Positions 49,084 through 60,443 of a stretch of DNA of 64,000 bases are shown here, piece after piece. The translations under genes and the position numbers were made by a program. Source of the stretch: an uncultured cyanobacterium (GTDB lineage Bacteria; Cyanobacteriota; Cyanobacteriia; Cyanobacteriales; CAWCAG01). The stretch is from the NCBI GenBank assembly GCA_963803805.1, contig CAWDOD010000003.1, positions 1 through 64,000 of the forward strand. Direction: 5' to 3'. The notes below the pieces were generated by a model that was not told the origin of the DNA, did not search any database, and saw only the letters and a list, made by a program, of their open reading frames with translations. Each line of letters begins with the position of its first letter. Position 1 is the stretch's first letter.

Positions 49084-49270
49084 AGAAACTGCTCAAAAAA
49101 GAAAACTTCAGAGTTCAAAACTCAGAGTTACTACAATAGCATTGAGTATAGGTACGGCATATAGAGGGAACTGCTATAAGCAAAAAATCAGGGTTATGTA
49201 TCTAAATCTTATATTTTCAAAACCAAGATGCTAGTACCGCCGTAAACATAAATAGTACGGGGTCAAAAGA

Positions 49271-49843
49271 ATGAGCACCAGTATGACAAAAGCACTGTTA
49301 ATATTAGGCGAACTTAATAACGATGATTTAGACTGGATAATTCAAAAAAGTAGAAAAGAAACTATCTTAGCTGGAGATACTTTAATCTACGAAGGACAAA
49401 AAATCAATGCTCTCTACATAGTTTTGAGCGGTACTTTCAGCGTTATTATCCAATCTTTAGGTAATCGGGAACTAGCTAAAATATCTAGTGGAGAGGTAGT
49501 AGGAGAAATTTCTTTTGTGGATATTCGTCCTCCTGTTGCTACTGTTAAAGCATTAGAAGATTCTACAATACTTGCTATTCCCAGATTACAATTAACCACT
49601 AAACTCGAACAAGATACAGGTTTTGCTTCACGATTTTTTCATGGTATTTCCCTTTGTTTAGCAAATCGGATGCGAGGAACAGTCAGACGTTTGGGTTATG
49701 GTATTGAACTAGAAAGGACTCAAGAAGAAAAGCAATCTTTTGCAGGGAAAGACGAACTTAATCCTAGAGCATTAGAACATTCTGAACTAGCTCAAACTCG
49801 ATTCAATTGGCTTAAACATATGTCCCATGAGTCTAAGGTTTAA
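49271..49843 (+). CDS. Cyclic nucleotide-binding domain protein (cyanobacterial type)
   Basis: LYIVLSG and GEVVGEISFVDIRPPVATV motifs. Confidence 0.85.
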   Translation: MSTSMTKALLILGELNNDDLDWIIQKSRKETILAGDTLIYEGQKINALYIVLSGTFSVIIQSLGNRELAKISSGEVVGEISFVDIRPPVATVKALEDSTILAIPRLQLTTKLEQDTGFASRFFHGISLCLANRMRGTVRRLGYGIELERTQEEKQSFAGKDELNPRALEHSELAQTRFNWLKHMSHESKV

Positions 49844-49918
49844 ATTATGAATTAGAAGAGGAGGAAATTTTCTCGCGATGAGTAATTGCTTCCTCGAAAC
49901 AAGAAATTATAAATATTA

Positions 49919-51223
49919 CTAATTTCTTATTTCGCCATAGAGTTTTTTCTTACTAAAAGAAGCTTGAGATATACCTAATAAAGCAGTTAATACAATCCAG
50001 ACAAAAGTATTAGCTCGAAAATCAAATAAACTGACATCAAATAAGTTAAATAAAACGCAGCTACTAAAAGCAACTAAATAAGTAAAAATAATTAATCTGT
50101 CTTGAGGTGGAAGATGATTATTAGAGTATGTTGTGAGTAAAAAAGTTGCTCTAGCCATAATCCAGCCAACTAGAGTACAGAACAAAATAGTAACAGGAAA
50201 ACCAGCCTCTGCTGCCAACATCAAAAAGAAATTATGGGGATGTCCCAACCAATATTGAGTTTGGGCTTCATAAAGAGGGGTAAAGTTACGCAGCCCCCAA
50301 CCACTCCAAGGGCGTTTTAGGGCTAAATCCCAAGCAAATTGCCATTGAGTTGCCCTCAAGGTGGGTAGGGGACGATTTGTAATAACTTGATCTGACAGTC
50401 TTCCCCAGATATAAAATGGGACAATTTGACGCAAAAACTTCTGTCCCCAAATGGGAACCCAAGAAGCCCAAGCTACTATAGTAGCGGCGGTTGTTGTTGC
50501 CAAAACTAACCAACGCCAACCCAGATATACAGCAAAAGCCAAAAAACTAATTCCCGCAATGCCCCAAGCGTTACGAGAATGGGTCAGAATAATGGCGATT
50601 CCATTGAAAATGAGTACAATAGTTAGAAACCCCAACTGTTTCCCTTGCCTTCTTTTGTACCAAACCTGAAAGGCTTCTACCCACAAACCCAAGTTGAGGT
50701 TGAAAACAATCAAAAGATAAATAGCTAGGATATTGGCGTACATAAATACAGAAGCCATTCTCCCGGTTGGATTGCCTTTAGTGGCTAACGTCCAACCTAC
50801 TATAGCTGAGAATTGTTCTGGGGTAGACCAACCGAAGAATAACTGTCCTAAACCTAAAATCCCGACGGGCAAAGAGGGAATCACCATCAACCAAGCCAAA
50901 CGACGCAACCGGTCTGGGGTTTTAATCAAAGTACTACAGGCAGCTAACAATAGGAAATAGGGAATTATATTAGCTAAACCGAGGAAAGCTTCTAGGGGTT
51001 GGTTAGCTAAGCAACAGCTAACTATTAATCCTAAAGTTAGGACAATGAGTCCCCAATTGAGACGACTGTATTTAATTTGGGGAAAATTATGCCATAAGCT
51101 ACCTAGCAAACTAATCCCAATGGCCACAACTCCTACAACAGGAATTAAAGGGAAGATTAGTACCCCTAGTTGCAGCGATCGCCAAAGCCACTCATACCAT
51201 TTTTTTTTAGTCATGGTTAACAA
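49919..51223 (-). CDS. O-antigen ligase family membrane protein
   Basis: THSRNAW, RPWSGWG and HPHN motifs; multiple TM segments. Confidence 0.82.
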   Translation of the reverse strand: MLTMTKKKWYEWLWRSLQLGVLIFPLIPVVGVVAIGISLLGSLWHNFPQIKYSRLNWGLIVLTLGLIVSCCLANQPLEAFLGLANIIPYFLLLAACSTLIKTPDRLRRLAWLMVIPSLPVGILGLGQLFFGWSTPEQFSAIVGWTLATKGNPTGRMASVFMYANILAIYLLIVFNLNLGLWVEAFQVWYKRRQGKQLGFLTIVLIFNGIAIILTHSRNAWGIAGISFLAFAVYLGWRWLVLATTTAATIVAWASWVPIWGQKFLRQIVPFYIWGRLSDQVITNRPLPTLRATQWQFAWDLALKRPWSGWGLRNFTPLYEAQTQYWLGHPHNFFLMLAAEAGFPVTILFCTLVGWIMARATFLLTTYSNNHLPPQDRLIIFTYLVAFSSCVLFNLFDVSLFDFRANTFVWIVLTALLGISQASFSKKKLYGEIRN

Positions 51224-51269
51224 AGAAAGCGGAGTAATTAGCAGTTAGCCACTAGCAGTTAGCCATTCC

Positions 51270-52691
51270 CTACCTTTTCAACCAATCTTTCCCTAACTGA
51301 ATTGTCACATCAGAACGTAGAGATCCTGTACTTTCCACCCGGATCTCCCCTATATCCAAATCAGCCTTAACCACCGCGGCCCCAGCATTATCACCGTTTT
51401 GAGCAATAATACGAGTCACTTTTAAAGGTTCCGGCCAATCTTTATCAATATAAACATCGTTATAACCTAATTCTTGTAGTTCTTCTACTAGTCTTCTTAC
51501 CGCCCTGGAACTACCAGTAGAATCCTGAATTGCTACAGTAATATTGGCAGGATCTGTAGTATTTTCTTTTTCGTTTTCTTCCTCATCCCTGTCCCTATCA
51601 CGATCAAAATATTGAGTCGCTAAATCTCTAATCTCATTTTCGTGGGGAATCCAGTAACTAACTCCCTCTCTCCCTGTACCATTAAACTCTCCTGGTAACA
51701 TCATCATTTGTACCTTGGAACGGTCTGTTTGGGAAGCAAAACCTGTTAAAGCTACTAATTCTTCTACACTCAAATTAGTATCAATGTGAGACTTAATTAC
51801 CTCAATAATCTTTGGGACTCTAACTATTACCCCAGGATTAAGACTTTGTTCTACAATTGCCCGCATTAAGGTTTGTTGCCTTTGTACCCTACCGATATCT
51901 CCATATTCATCGTAGCGGAAGCGGAGAAACTGCATCGCTTCTTCCCCATCCAAATGCTGTTTCCCTTTTTTTAGGTTAATGTAGAGGTGTTGACTATCAT
52001 CTTGATACTTCATATCCTTGGGGACATAAACTGTCACTCCTCCCAAGGCATCAATCAGCTTTTCTACCCCTTGAACGTTGACCCTGATATAGCGGTCAAT
52101 CTCGACTCCTCCAACTAGTTCGCTAATAGCTTTTGCGGCTAAAGCTGGGCCACCATGATAATTCGCTTCATTAATTTTCGTCGTGCCATGATCTTCAATA
52201 TAAGCGCGAGTATCACGGGGAATTGATAAGACAGTGAGGTTTTCTTCCTTGGGGTCAAACCTCAACAAAAGCATGGTATCCGATAGCCCATCAAAAGAAT
52301 TAACTAAAGCGTGGTAGCCTTCTTTTTCTTCTGGAGGTTCATCTAAATCTGAGGTTAGCACTTTAGTACCCAGCAGCAAGATATTAACTGGCCGCGTCAA
52401 CTCCGGCAAGCGCAAACTCTTGCGAGAAATAGAGCCGCCTTTGCCAAAAATAGCCTCTTCCTCCGGAGTTAATTCAGTTTGTAGCAAAGGGGTAGCATTA
52501 ATCGAAACAGCCAAAATTGCTCCAGCAGTCGCTGAAAGCATGGCAACTCCTGTTAAACCAAGCCAAATCCACAACCAACGGGCTTTAGGAGGTTGCTTTC
52601 TTTTCACATAGTGAGTTGTTTTCTTGGCACGGGCGCTTCTCGGCGCTTTACCCGAAATCTTATTTGCTGGCACTGGCTTCCTCACACACAA
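51270..52691 (-). CDS. LCP (LytR-CpsA-Psr) family protein with LytR_C domain
   Basis: SDTMLL, SIPRDT, KINEA and LRFRYDEYGDIGRVQRQQ motifs. Confidence 0.9.
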   Translation of the reverse strand: MCVRKPVPANKISGKAPRSARAKKTTHYVKRKQPPKARWLWIWLGLTGVAMLSATAGAILAVSINATPLLQTELTPEEEAIFGKGGSISRKSLRLPELTRPVNILLLGTKVLTSDLDEPPEEKEGYHALVNSFDGLSDTMLLLRFDPKEENLTVLSIPRDTRAYIEDHGTTKINEANYHGGPALAAKAISELVGGVEIDRYIRVNVQGVEKLIDALGGVTVYVPKDMKYQDDSQHLYINLKKGKQHLDGEEAMQFLRFRYDEYGDIGRVQRQQTLMRAIVEQSLNPGVIVRVPKIIEVIKSHIDTNLSVEELVALTGFASQTDRSKVQMMMLPGEFNGTGREGVSYWIPHENEIRDLATQYFDRDRDRDEEENEKENTTDPANITVAIQDSTGSSRAVRRLVEELQELGYNDVYIDKDWPEPLKVTRIIAQNGDNAGAAVVKADLDIGEIRVESTGSLRSDVTIQLGKDWLKR

Positions 52692-52736
52692 AAATAAAGT
52701 TTGAAGGCGGTTGAGTCGTTAGGGGCAAAAGCATCC

Positions 52737-53117
52737 CTATGATGATAAATATTTACGGACAAAACCCTCAGCAATCCTACTAAAAAGAGGAAGGCGAGGA
52801 GATTTACGCTTCCACAGACGCACCATCAAACCCAGACATACCAAAAAGTAACCAGAGGTTAACATACTATTGATAAATAATAAACGCATTGTGGCAAATT
52901 CTGTCGTTTGGGCTGACCCTATCCATAACAAAGAGTAAGCAATGAGCCAACTTAAGGCTAAGGTTACAGATAAGCGACTAACTTTTTTTTGCTCCTTGCT
53001 TCCCTTGCTACTGTACAGTGTCCACAAAGAAGGTAGAAGACCTAGCACAGGGACTAAATAAATAAAGAGTTGTAATTGCTTGAGATTTTCTTCTTGAAAA
53101 GGGTCTTTATCTGCCAT
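52737..53117 (-). CDS. Hypothetical membrane protein
   Basis: 126-aa ORF with three hydrophobic segments. Confidence 0.65.
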   Translation of the reverse strand: MADKDPFQEENLKQLQLFIYLVPVLGLLPSLWTLYSSKGSKEQKKVSRLSVTLALSWLIAYSLLWIGSAQTTEFATMRLLFINSMLTSGYFLVCLGLMVRLWKRKSPRLPLFSRIAEGFVRKYLSS

Positions 53118-53210
53118 AGTTGATCAAAGGTCAAAGGCTGGCTAACCAAAGTCTAGCAACTAAGGGGCAAAATCGTCTCTATCCAGTTCAAATTTCCCTG
53201 ATCTGCCATT

Positions 53211-53819
53211 ATGGAATCTCCATTAGTCCCCTCTCTTACTGCTCTAATTTTAGCTGGAGGGAAAAGTTCTCGTTTGGGTCAAGATAAAGCTCTTCTCCTT
53301 GTAGATAATGAACCAATGTTGCACTGCATTTGTCAGGTTGCTAAGGGATGTAGTCATCAAGTTTATGTGGTTACTTCTCGGCCAGAAAAATACCAAGAAA
53401 TTGTTCCAGAAGATTGTGATTTTATTCAAGAAAAATCTCCCGATGGCCCTTTGGTTGCCTTTGGACAAGCTTTGCCCCAAGTAAAGACGGATTGGGTGTT
53501 GGTACTTGCCTGTGATCTCCCTAAATTAACAGCAACAATATTAAATAAATGGGCTACCAATTTAACTAGTATCTCCTCAGAAATAATTGCCTTTCTCCCG
53601 CGATATAACAAGGGTTGGCAACCTTTAAGCGGTTTTTATCGTTCTAGCTGTTTGCCTGGGCTACAAGCTTATTTACAAGCAGGTGGGAGGTCTTTTCAAG
53701 GTTGGTTGGAGCAGCATCCTGTTCAAGAAATACCTGTTGAGGATAGTGAAGTTTTATTCAACTGCAACACTCCCGAAGATTTAGCCAACTTAAGGAAGGG
53801 GCAATGTCTCGAACTCTAG
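53211..53819 (+). CDS. mobA: Molybdenum cofactor guanylyltransferase
   Basis: [20 protein letters not shown] and FNCNTPEDL motifs. Confidence 0.9.
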   Translation: MESPLVPSLTALILAGGKSSRLGQDKALLLVDNEPMLHCICQVAKGCSHQVYVVTSRPEKYQEIVPEDCDFIQEKSPDGPLVAFGQALPQVKTDWVLVLACDLPKLTATILNKWATNLTSISSEIIAFLPRYNKGWQPLSGFYRSSCLPGLQAYLQAGGRSFQGWLEQHPVQEIPVEDSEVLFNCNTPEDLANLRKGQCLEL

Positions 53820-54910
53820 TAGTTAAAATTGGTACATCTAGCCTAACTCATCCAGACACAGGACAATTAGCCCTAGCTACCATCGGTTCATTAGTAGAAA
53901 CCCTAAGTCATTTGCGCTCAGCAGGGGACCGCCTTATCCTAGTTTCTTCCGGGGCAGTGGGGGTTGGTTGCACCCGTCTCGGACTAAAAGAAAGACCAAA
54001 AACAATGGCTGTTAAGCAAGCTGTAGCTGCCGTAGGACAAGGAAGGCTAATGCGAGTATACGATGATTTGTTCACCACCTTGCAACAACCCATTGCTCAA
54101 GTTCTACTCACTCGCCGCGATTTTATAGATAGAAGTTGTTATGTTAATGCTCGCAATACTTTTCAAGAATTGCTGCAATTAGGGGTGATTCCCATTGTTA
54201 ATGAAAACGATACAGTCGCTGTAGAAGAGCTTAAATTTGGCGATAACGACACCCTCTCAGCATTGGTTGCTAGCTTAGTAGAAGCAGATTGGCTCTTTCT
54301 TCTAACTGATGTTGACGGACTTTACGCTGCTGATCCCCGTCAATTTCCTCAAGCCCTTCCTATTAGCTTAGTTAGTGCAGAAGAATTAGCTCAGTTAAAA
54401 GTAGAGGTGGGTTCTAGCGGCTCCCAATGGGGAACTGGAGGGATGGTAACTAAATTAGCAGCAGCCCGCATTGCTACTGGTACAGGAGTAAGAACAGTAA
54501 TTACTAAAGGTTCTCGCCCTCACCAAATTGCTCAAATTTTGCAAGGTAACCTCATCGGCACTCAATTTGAGCCTCAACCCCGTAATGAAAAAGCTCGTAA
54601 GCGCTGGATTGCCCATGGTTTAGTACCTGTAGGCAAACTTTACCTCGACTCAGGAGCGGTAAAAGCTATTTGCCAAGGTGGGAAGTCTTTACTAGCCCCA
54701 GGAGTCACCCAAGTAGAAGGGGATTTCCAAGCTTCCGAGGCAGTACAGTTAATTAACGGGCAAAATCAAGAAATTGCCAGAGGCATTGTTAATTATAGTA
54801 GTGCAGAAATTAAACTTATTAAAGGACATCGTTCCGAAGAAATCCCCGAAATTCTGGGTTATGTAGGAGCAGAAACCGTAATTCACCGCGATAATCTGGT
54901 GGTAGGTTAA
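53804..54910 (+). CDS. proB: Glutamate 5-kinase
   Basis: [35 protein letters not shown] and a PUA domain. Confidence 0.95.
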   Translation: MSRTLVVKIGTSSLTHPDTGQLALATIGSLVETLSHLRSAGDRLILVSSGAVGVGCTRLGLKERPKTMAVKQAVAAVGQGRLMRVYDDLFTTLQQPIAQVLLTRRDFIDRSCYVNARNTFQELLQLGVIPIVNENDTVAVEELKFGDNDTLSALVASLVEADWLFLLTDVDGLYAADPRQFPQALPISLVSAEELAQLKVEVGSSGSQWGTGGMVTKLAAARIATGTGVRTVITKGSRPHQIAQILQGNLIGTQFEPQPRNEKARKRWIAHGLVPVGKLYLDSGAVKAICQGGKSLLAPGVTQVEGDFQASEAVQLINGQNQEIARGIVNYSSAEIKLIKGHRSEEIPEILGYVGAETVIHRDNLVVG

Positions 54911-55068
54911 AAGATTTAGTTAGGGAGATTTAGTTAGGGAGATTGAGAAATTAAGGAGCAAATGTTAGTAGGAACAATAACTATCAAGGTGGTTAACAAC
55001 AGAAACACAGTCATCAATAATAAAAACAATCTTTTCTCTCTTTTTACCCTAACCTCACCTTCAACTAA

Positions 55069-56017
55069 TTAAAATCCTCTTAAAGTTTCTGGCGGTGCAA
55101 CATTGGTTTCCGGTTCAGGGGTAGTATTGCTATACCTTGAAGAAGAAGATATAGATTCTTCTGAAGTGGTGGAAATATCTGGTTCTACAGAAACATTAGA
55201 AGCTCCTTGGTTGCCCATCCAAGCTAAACCTCCTAAAGAACCCGCCACCATAGCAGTGTAGCCGATATAAAGGTGAGCTAATTTAATATCCATTCCCGAA
55301 CCAGACTTAGAGCAGTTCCAAGAAGGAAGAACGGAATCCTCTTTTGGTTCTGGTAAAGAGGAAACAAGCTTAACTCCATTTAAACCTAAAGCATTACCAA
55401 GGCGGCGCACAAAACCCCGAACATAAATATCCTCTGCTGGGTTATGAGCTATCCCTGCTTCAATTGCTTCAATTTGATGGATAGGAACTAAGGTTTGGTT
55501 GTTTAGCTGTCTAATAGAAATAGACTGGGCTTGGCGAGTTTCTTTTAAAAGATGACCGACTTTGCGGAACTGTTGCTCTCTGTTTTGTATTTCTTCTTGT
55601 CTTGCCAATTTCTTTACTTTGGTATGTTTTTTCGGTAAAGGTATGGTTGCGCCAATCAGGCCTTTCTAAGCGTTTAGTTGACGCATTTGATTCCTCTGAA
55701 AAGGATGGTTCAGAAGGAAATAAAGATACCGGCGCTTCAGGAATTTGGCTAGGAGAAGTTTCTTGAGCCAAAGTTTGACTCTGGGCCGCGACTTGCTTGA
55801 TAGTCAGCTTAATTGCCTCTCGCCCTACCGTTTGAACCACGGTTTCGGCTAGTTGGCTATTTTTACCAAATAGAGGTTTTAACTTAGCTATCGCTTGGCG
55901 ACAAACTTCACTTTCTAGCAGTTGGGATTCTATTTTGTTCAGGATTGAGAGCAATCCTGTCTCAGGGATGGCTATTTTTGATGTTTGGTTCATTTTGACA
56001 AAAGACGATGAGTACAA
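55069..56017 (-). CDS. RodZ-like HTH protein, apparently frameshifted (ORFs 55511-56017 and 55069-55608)
   Basis: HTH with IEAIEAG...YVRGFVRRLGNALGL followed by a TM helix. Confidence 0.6.
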
Positions 56018-56211
56018 ATCCCATAGCTTTCTGTTGTTAACACCAGCTTAGGTGTGTCCGATACTCTTTCCTGGGATAGGGGAAACATTCCGGATCGATA
56101 GACTAGAGATTAGCTTTTTTTACTGGCATTTCCTGGTTATTACTTAATTTACTTCAACAAAAATGCGCCTTGCATCAGTAAAAGCAAAGCGCATCCAGTA
56201 TTTATAAGTAA

Positions 56212-56606
56212 TGGAGCCGAGCAGAGTCGAACTGCTGTCCAAATTGGCTATTGACTTTCTATTCGTTCACAGGCTTAGCCCTTTTAACCCTTAAGGCGGG
56301 GATCGACCTTTATCCCGGACGATAGGATTCTCTAGTAAGTTCTTAGGTTTTTACTTGACCAGAGGCAGAGTAAAAACAGCATCCGTTGGGGTTATATCCG
56401 CAGCCCTTAACGGAGTCAGACTACAGATGCTCGGACCTATAAGAGGTTTTTTTTAGGCAACAGCAACAGCAGTTGTCTTACGAGCAAAAGGAACGATGTT
56501 GTTCGCATTTACATTGTTTTTGAATCTTGTATTTACGAGAGGAGATTCACTCTCGACCTGAATCACAGATAAGTTTTCACCAACTTGTCGAAACCGTGAC
56601 GGCCCC
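56212..56606 (-). ncRNA. ssrA: tmRNA
   Basis: 5' GGGGCCGTCACGGTTTCGAC and 3' GTTCGACTCTGCTCGGCTCCA. The tag frame 56506-56453 encodes ANNIVPFARKTTAVAVA*, a cyanobacterial-type tag. Confidence 0.95.
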
Positions 56607-56752
56607 TTGGGTAGGTTGTGCTTACTAGTATAACAAGATTATTTGTTAGTGAACTTTGTTCCCGACTCCAAAATTAGCAAATGTTTCAACACAAAACCTA
56701 TAATTGAAACTCAGTAGTAAAATAGAACTCAGAATTTAAACAATCCGGTGTT

Positions 56753-57622
56753 GTGGAGGGAAAAACGTTGGATGAACTCAGACCCGCGCTGGAATTAGGC
56801 ACTGAAGAAGAATTACAACAGCTTACCCATATTCTTTTCTGTCGTAAATTTAATCCCCTCGATTATTTCCAGAGCGTAGATCCTTTAGATGTCCAGAGCA
56901 AGGATAGAGAAATTTGGTTAGACAGCCTAGAACAGCGATTTCGCTACTTAGCTGCTGACGGCTTGACTGTTTTGCGAGGGCAAGCCCAAGAAGTCAGTTA
57001 TAGACAAATACTTATTCAAGTTTGTCGTTACCTAAAAATTCCCTATTCTGAACAATTATCTACTACAGATATTGAAGCAGAAATATTTTTACATTTAGTG
57101 GGTAAAGCTTGGCAAAAATTACCACCACAGGAGAAGCGTTGTTTAACAGCTAAGGTACAGAAATCCTTAGCTCAGTCTAAGTTCCCTGAACCTCTACCTA
57201 TACAATTGCAACATAACCCCATTAATATTTTCCTCAAAGGTAGTAGTGTTGTCGCTGTTAGTTCAGTGCTTAAACCTTTGATACTACAGCAAATCGCCCG
57301 CCAGTTTGCCATCCATTTTGCTAGTTATCAAGTGGCTAGGAACGCTATGATTAAAGGCGGTGCGGCTGCGACTGCTCAGTTTCAGAGCCATCTAGCGATG
57401 CAAGCAGCAAGGAGAGGTATGGCTATAACCACAGCCCGCCACGCAGCAATGAGAGGAGTTTTTGCCATGGTAGGGCCTTTGTTATGGGGCTGTTTTATGG
57501 CTGATTTAGGCTGGCGGGCGATCGCCACTAATTATGGGCGGATTATTCCGACTATTTTCGCCTTAGCACAAATACGTTTGATTCGCGGCGCTGCTTGGGA
57601 AACAGTAGATGTGCTTTGCTGA
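56753..57622 (+). CDS. YaaW-like cyanobacterial protein
   Basis: DELRPALEL, RFRYLAADG and ATNYGRIIPTIFALAQIR motifs. Confidence 0.7.
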   Translation: MEGKTLDELRPALELGTEEELQQLTHILFCRKFNPLDYFQSVDPLDVQSKDREIWLDSLEQRFRYLAADGLTVLRGQAQEVSYRQILIQVCRYLKIPYSEQLSTTDIEAEIFLHLVGKAWQKLPPQEKRCLTAKVQKSLAQSKFPEPLPIQLQHNPINIFLKGSSVVAVSSVLKPLILQQIARQFAIHFASYQVARNAMIKGGAAATAQFQSHLAMQAARRGMAITTARHAAMRGVFAMVGPLLWGCFMADLGWRAIATNYGRIIPTIFALAQIRLIRGAAWETVDVLC

Positions 57623-57714
57623 TCAATGATGCTTAAAGGCAACGGTAAAGCCGTACAGTTATCAGTTATTATCTGTTTCTACGGCGACTGGCAATAGTTA
57701 TCGGCTTTTTAATA

Positions 57715-58539
57715 ATGACTTCTTCAGCTTCGTTTCCTAACTTAAACCAACAGATTCTCACTTCTCAAAATGGTCTACCGACGATGTACGATCTTCCGAG
57801 TGAAAATCCAGAGGAACCCGGTTTGCCTGACGAATTTCATTTCTTCCAACCCCTACTACTTTATTTAACCTTTCTCCCCACCACTTGGGCTAAAGATTCA
57901 ATCTACAGTGCCACAGATATGAATCTTTACTACGATCTTCAGCATACTCAATGGTACAAACGCCCTGACTGGTTTGGGGTTGTGGGTGTGTCGAGATTGT
58001 ATAAAGGGGAAGATATGCGCTTAAGTTATGTAACTTGGCAAGAGGAAGCTAACCCCTTGGTGGTAGTAGAATTGTTATCTCCTGGTACAGAAGCTGAAGA
58101 TTTAGGAGAAACGACTAGTAAACGAGGGGAACCACCCACAAAATGGGAAGTATACGAACAGATATTACAAGTTCCTTACTACATCGTCTTTAGCCGTTAT
58201 ACAAACCAAATTAAAGCCTTTCAACTTAGGGAAGGAAAATACCAGGAAGTTGACTTAAACCAAGGGCGTTTAGTTGTACCAGAGTTGGGTTTAAGTTTGG
58301 GTACTTGGCGAGGAGAATTTAGGGGCATAGAAAGGTTATGGCTACGCTGGTTGACCTGGGAAGGAGAGTTGATTCCTGTACCCACAGAAGAGATAATTGA
58401 GGCTCAACAAGAGGCGATCGAGGCGCGACAGGAAGCTTTTGAAGCTAAACAGAGAGCCTTTGAAGCCCAATTAAAAGCAGAACAATTCGCTGCTAAATTA
58501 AGGGAGTTGGGAATAGATCCTGATAAGCTGAATTTATAA
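57715..58539 (+). CDS. Uma2 family endonuclease
   Basis: LPTMYDLPSE, PDWFGV and VVELLSPGT motifs; C-terminal AAKLRELGIDP. Confidence 0.9.
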   Translation: MTSSASFPNLNQQILTSQNGLPTMYDLPSENPEEPGLPDEFHFFQPLLLYLTFLPTTWAKDSIYSATDMNLYYDLQHTQWYKRPDWFGVVGVSRLYKGEDMRLSYVTWQEEANPLVVVELLSPGTEAEDLGETTSKRGEPPTKWEVYEQILQVPYYIVFSRYTNQIKAFQLREGKYQEVDLNQGRLVVPELGLSLGTWRGEFRGIERLWLRWLTWEGELIPVPTEEIIEAQQEAIEARQEAFEAKQRAFEAQLKAEQFAAKLRELGIDPDKLNL

Positions 58540-58575
58540 GTACAAGAGTATTCCTGGCAGGTTAGTATTATTCCT

Positions 58576-60279
58576 ATGATTAATTCCGATCAACCCCTTG
58601 GTTCAGTAATTCAAGGTTCCCTTAGCCAGGGCTTAGAAATACGCTTGCACCCAGATGTATTGGTAGAAGATATGCGGGTGGGTAAATTCCTGGTTGTACA
58701 GGGGATGCGATCGAGGTTTTTTTGTCTCCTTACCGATGTTACTTTAGGAACTGCCAGTCAAAGGATCATGGCAAATCCTCCCAGTCCCCAAGATGACTTT
58801 TTGCGGGAAGTTTTAGCAGGTAGTGGAACCTATGGCATGGTGAATCTTTCGCCGATGTTGATGTTTACTCCCACCACAGGCAATTCTCAAGCAACACCAA
58901 TAGATACCTCTCTAGCTTCCTTTCAAGCCCAAACCAGCAGCGAAATAGAATTACTACCAGTTAAAACTATCCCCAGCCATTTTAGTCAAGTTTATGAAGC
59001 TAGTGAAGGGGACTTTCGGGCTGTTTTTGGTTGGGAAGATGACCCTACCAGGAAAAACTTCTCCATTGGCAAACCTTTAGACATGGATGTGCCAGTTTGT
59101 TTAGATTTAGACCGTTTTATTGAGCGTAGTAACGGAGTTTTTGGTAAATCTGGTACGGGTAAATCCTTCCTCACTCGCCTGTTAATTTCCGGCATCATTC
59201 GCAAGCAAGCAGCAGTTAATTTGATGTTTGATATGCACTCGGAATATGGTTGGGAGGCCGTTAGTGAAGGGAAGCAATTTAGTACTGTTAAGGGGTTGCG
59301 ACAGCTTTTTCCAGGACAGGTAGAAATTTATACCTTAGACCCGGAAGCTACCAAAAGGCGAGGAGTGAGAGATGCTCAAGAACTTTATCTTGGTTACGAT
59401 CAAATTGAACTTGAAGATCTACGATTAGTTAGTCGTGAGCTAAGTTTATCCGATGCTAGTATCGACAATGCGAATATTCTCCTGGCAGAATATGGTAAAC
59501 ATTGGATTATTAGCCTCTTGAATATGACCAATGAGGATATTGAGATGTTTTGTGAGGAAAAGCAAGGACATAAAGGTTCGATCATGGCACTGCAACGTAA
59601 GTTGATGCGCCTCGATAGTTTGAAGTATCTGCGTTCGAGTTGTCCTCGTAATTACATTGATCAAATCCTGCAATCCCTTGATGCTGGGAAGCACGTTGTG
59701 GTTGAGTTTGGTTCCCAATCCAATCTGCTTTCTTATATGTTAGTCACCAATATGATGACTAGGCGCATTCATTACAATTACGTTAGGAAAGCAGACAAAT
59801 TTCTCCAAAGCAAGAATCCTCAAGATCGTCCTCGCCCTTTAGTAATTACCATTGAAGAAGCCCATCGTTTCCTCGATTCAGCGATTGTTAACCAAACTAT
59901 CTTTGGTACTATTGCTAGGGAAATGCGTAAATATTTTGTCACCCTGTTAATTGTAGATCAGCGTCCTTCTGGTATTGATAATGAGGTGATGTCCCAAGTA
60001 GGTACTCGCATCACCTGTTTGCTTAATGATGATAAAGACATTGATGCTATCTTCACAGGAGTTTCCGGGGCTAGTAGTTTGCGTTCTGTGTTAGCTAAAC
60101 TTGATTCTAAGCAACAGGCTTTAGTATTGGGTCATGCTGTCCCCATGCCAGTTGTGGTACGCACCCGTCCTTATGACCAAACTTTTTACGCTGAAATTGG
60201 TGATACAGATTGGGGAGAAATGCCGGATGAGGAAGTTTTTGCAGCCGCTGAAATAGGTAAGGCAGATTTAGGATTTTAG
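58576..60279 (+). CDS. HerA/DUF87-like ATPase
   Basis: GKSGTGKS, FDMHSEY, IEEAHRF, IAREMRK and DQRPS motifs. Confidence 0.85.
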   Translation: MINSDQPLGSVIQGSLSQGLEIRLHPDVLVEDMRVGKFLVVQGMRSRFFCLLTDVTLGTASQRIMANPPSPQDDFLREVLAGSGTYGMVNLSPMLMFTPTTGNSQATPIDTSLASFQAQTSSEIELLPVKTIPSHFSQVYEASEGDFRAVFGWEDDPTRKNFSIGKPLDMDVPVCLDLDRFIERSNGVFGKSGTGKSFLTRLLISGIIRKQAAVNLMFDMHSEYGWEAVSEGKQFSTVKGLRQLFPGQVEIYTLDPEATKRRGVRDAQELYLGYDQIELEDLRLVSRELSLSDASIDNANILLAEYGKHWIISLLNMTNEDIEMFCEEKQGHKGSIMALQRKLMRLDSLKYLRSSCPRNYIDQILQSLDAGKHVVVEFGSQSNLLSYMLVTNMMTRRIHYNYVRKADKFLQSKNPQDRPRPLVITIEEAHRFLDSAIVNQTIFGTIAREMRKYFVTLLIVDQRPSGIDNEVMSQVGTRITCLLNDDKDIDAIFTGVSGASSLRSVLAKLDSKQQALVLGHAVPMPVVVRTRPYDQTFYAEIGDTDWGEMPDEEVFAAAEIGKADLGF

Positions 60280-60390
60280 TTATTAGACATCTCCACCCTA
60301 TTTTTCTCTTTTAACTATTCAAGTTAATTAATCTACCACCAATGAAAAAGTTTGACTTTCTAGGAAGTTAGTGTTAGATTGCTATGACAC

Positions 60391-60443
60391 AAAAAAAGGA
60401 GAGCCACTTACGTAACTCTCCCAGTCATCAGGGTGCATCTACT
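60391..60443 (-). ncRNA. Candidate small RNA with intrinsic terminator
   Basis: Minus strand: TATTAT -10 box, then AGTAGATGCACCCTGATGACTG-GGAGAG-loop-CTCTCC-T7. Confidence 0.45.

Noticed and set aside
49231-49270. TAGTACCGCCGTAAAC as the closing core of cassette 28
   Set aside because: It does not match the expected TACCGCTAAC, no att hairpin plus GTT follows, and it lies past the apparent junction.
54913-54940. GATTTAGTTAGGGA x2 and heptamer runs near 51239-51266 and 62220-62243
   Set aside because: These are ordinary short tandem repeats typical of cyanobacterial intergenic DNA.
56212-56606. tmRNA as the integration site of the cassette region
   Set aside because: No duplicated tmRNA 3' end or adjacent integrase was seen, and it lies in the segment from the other organism.
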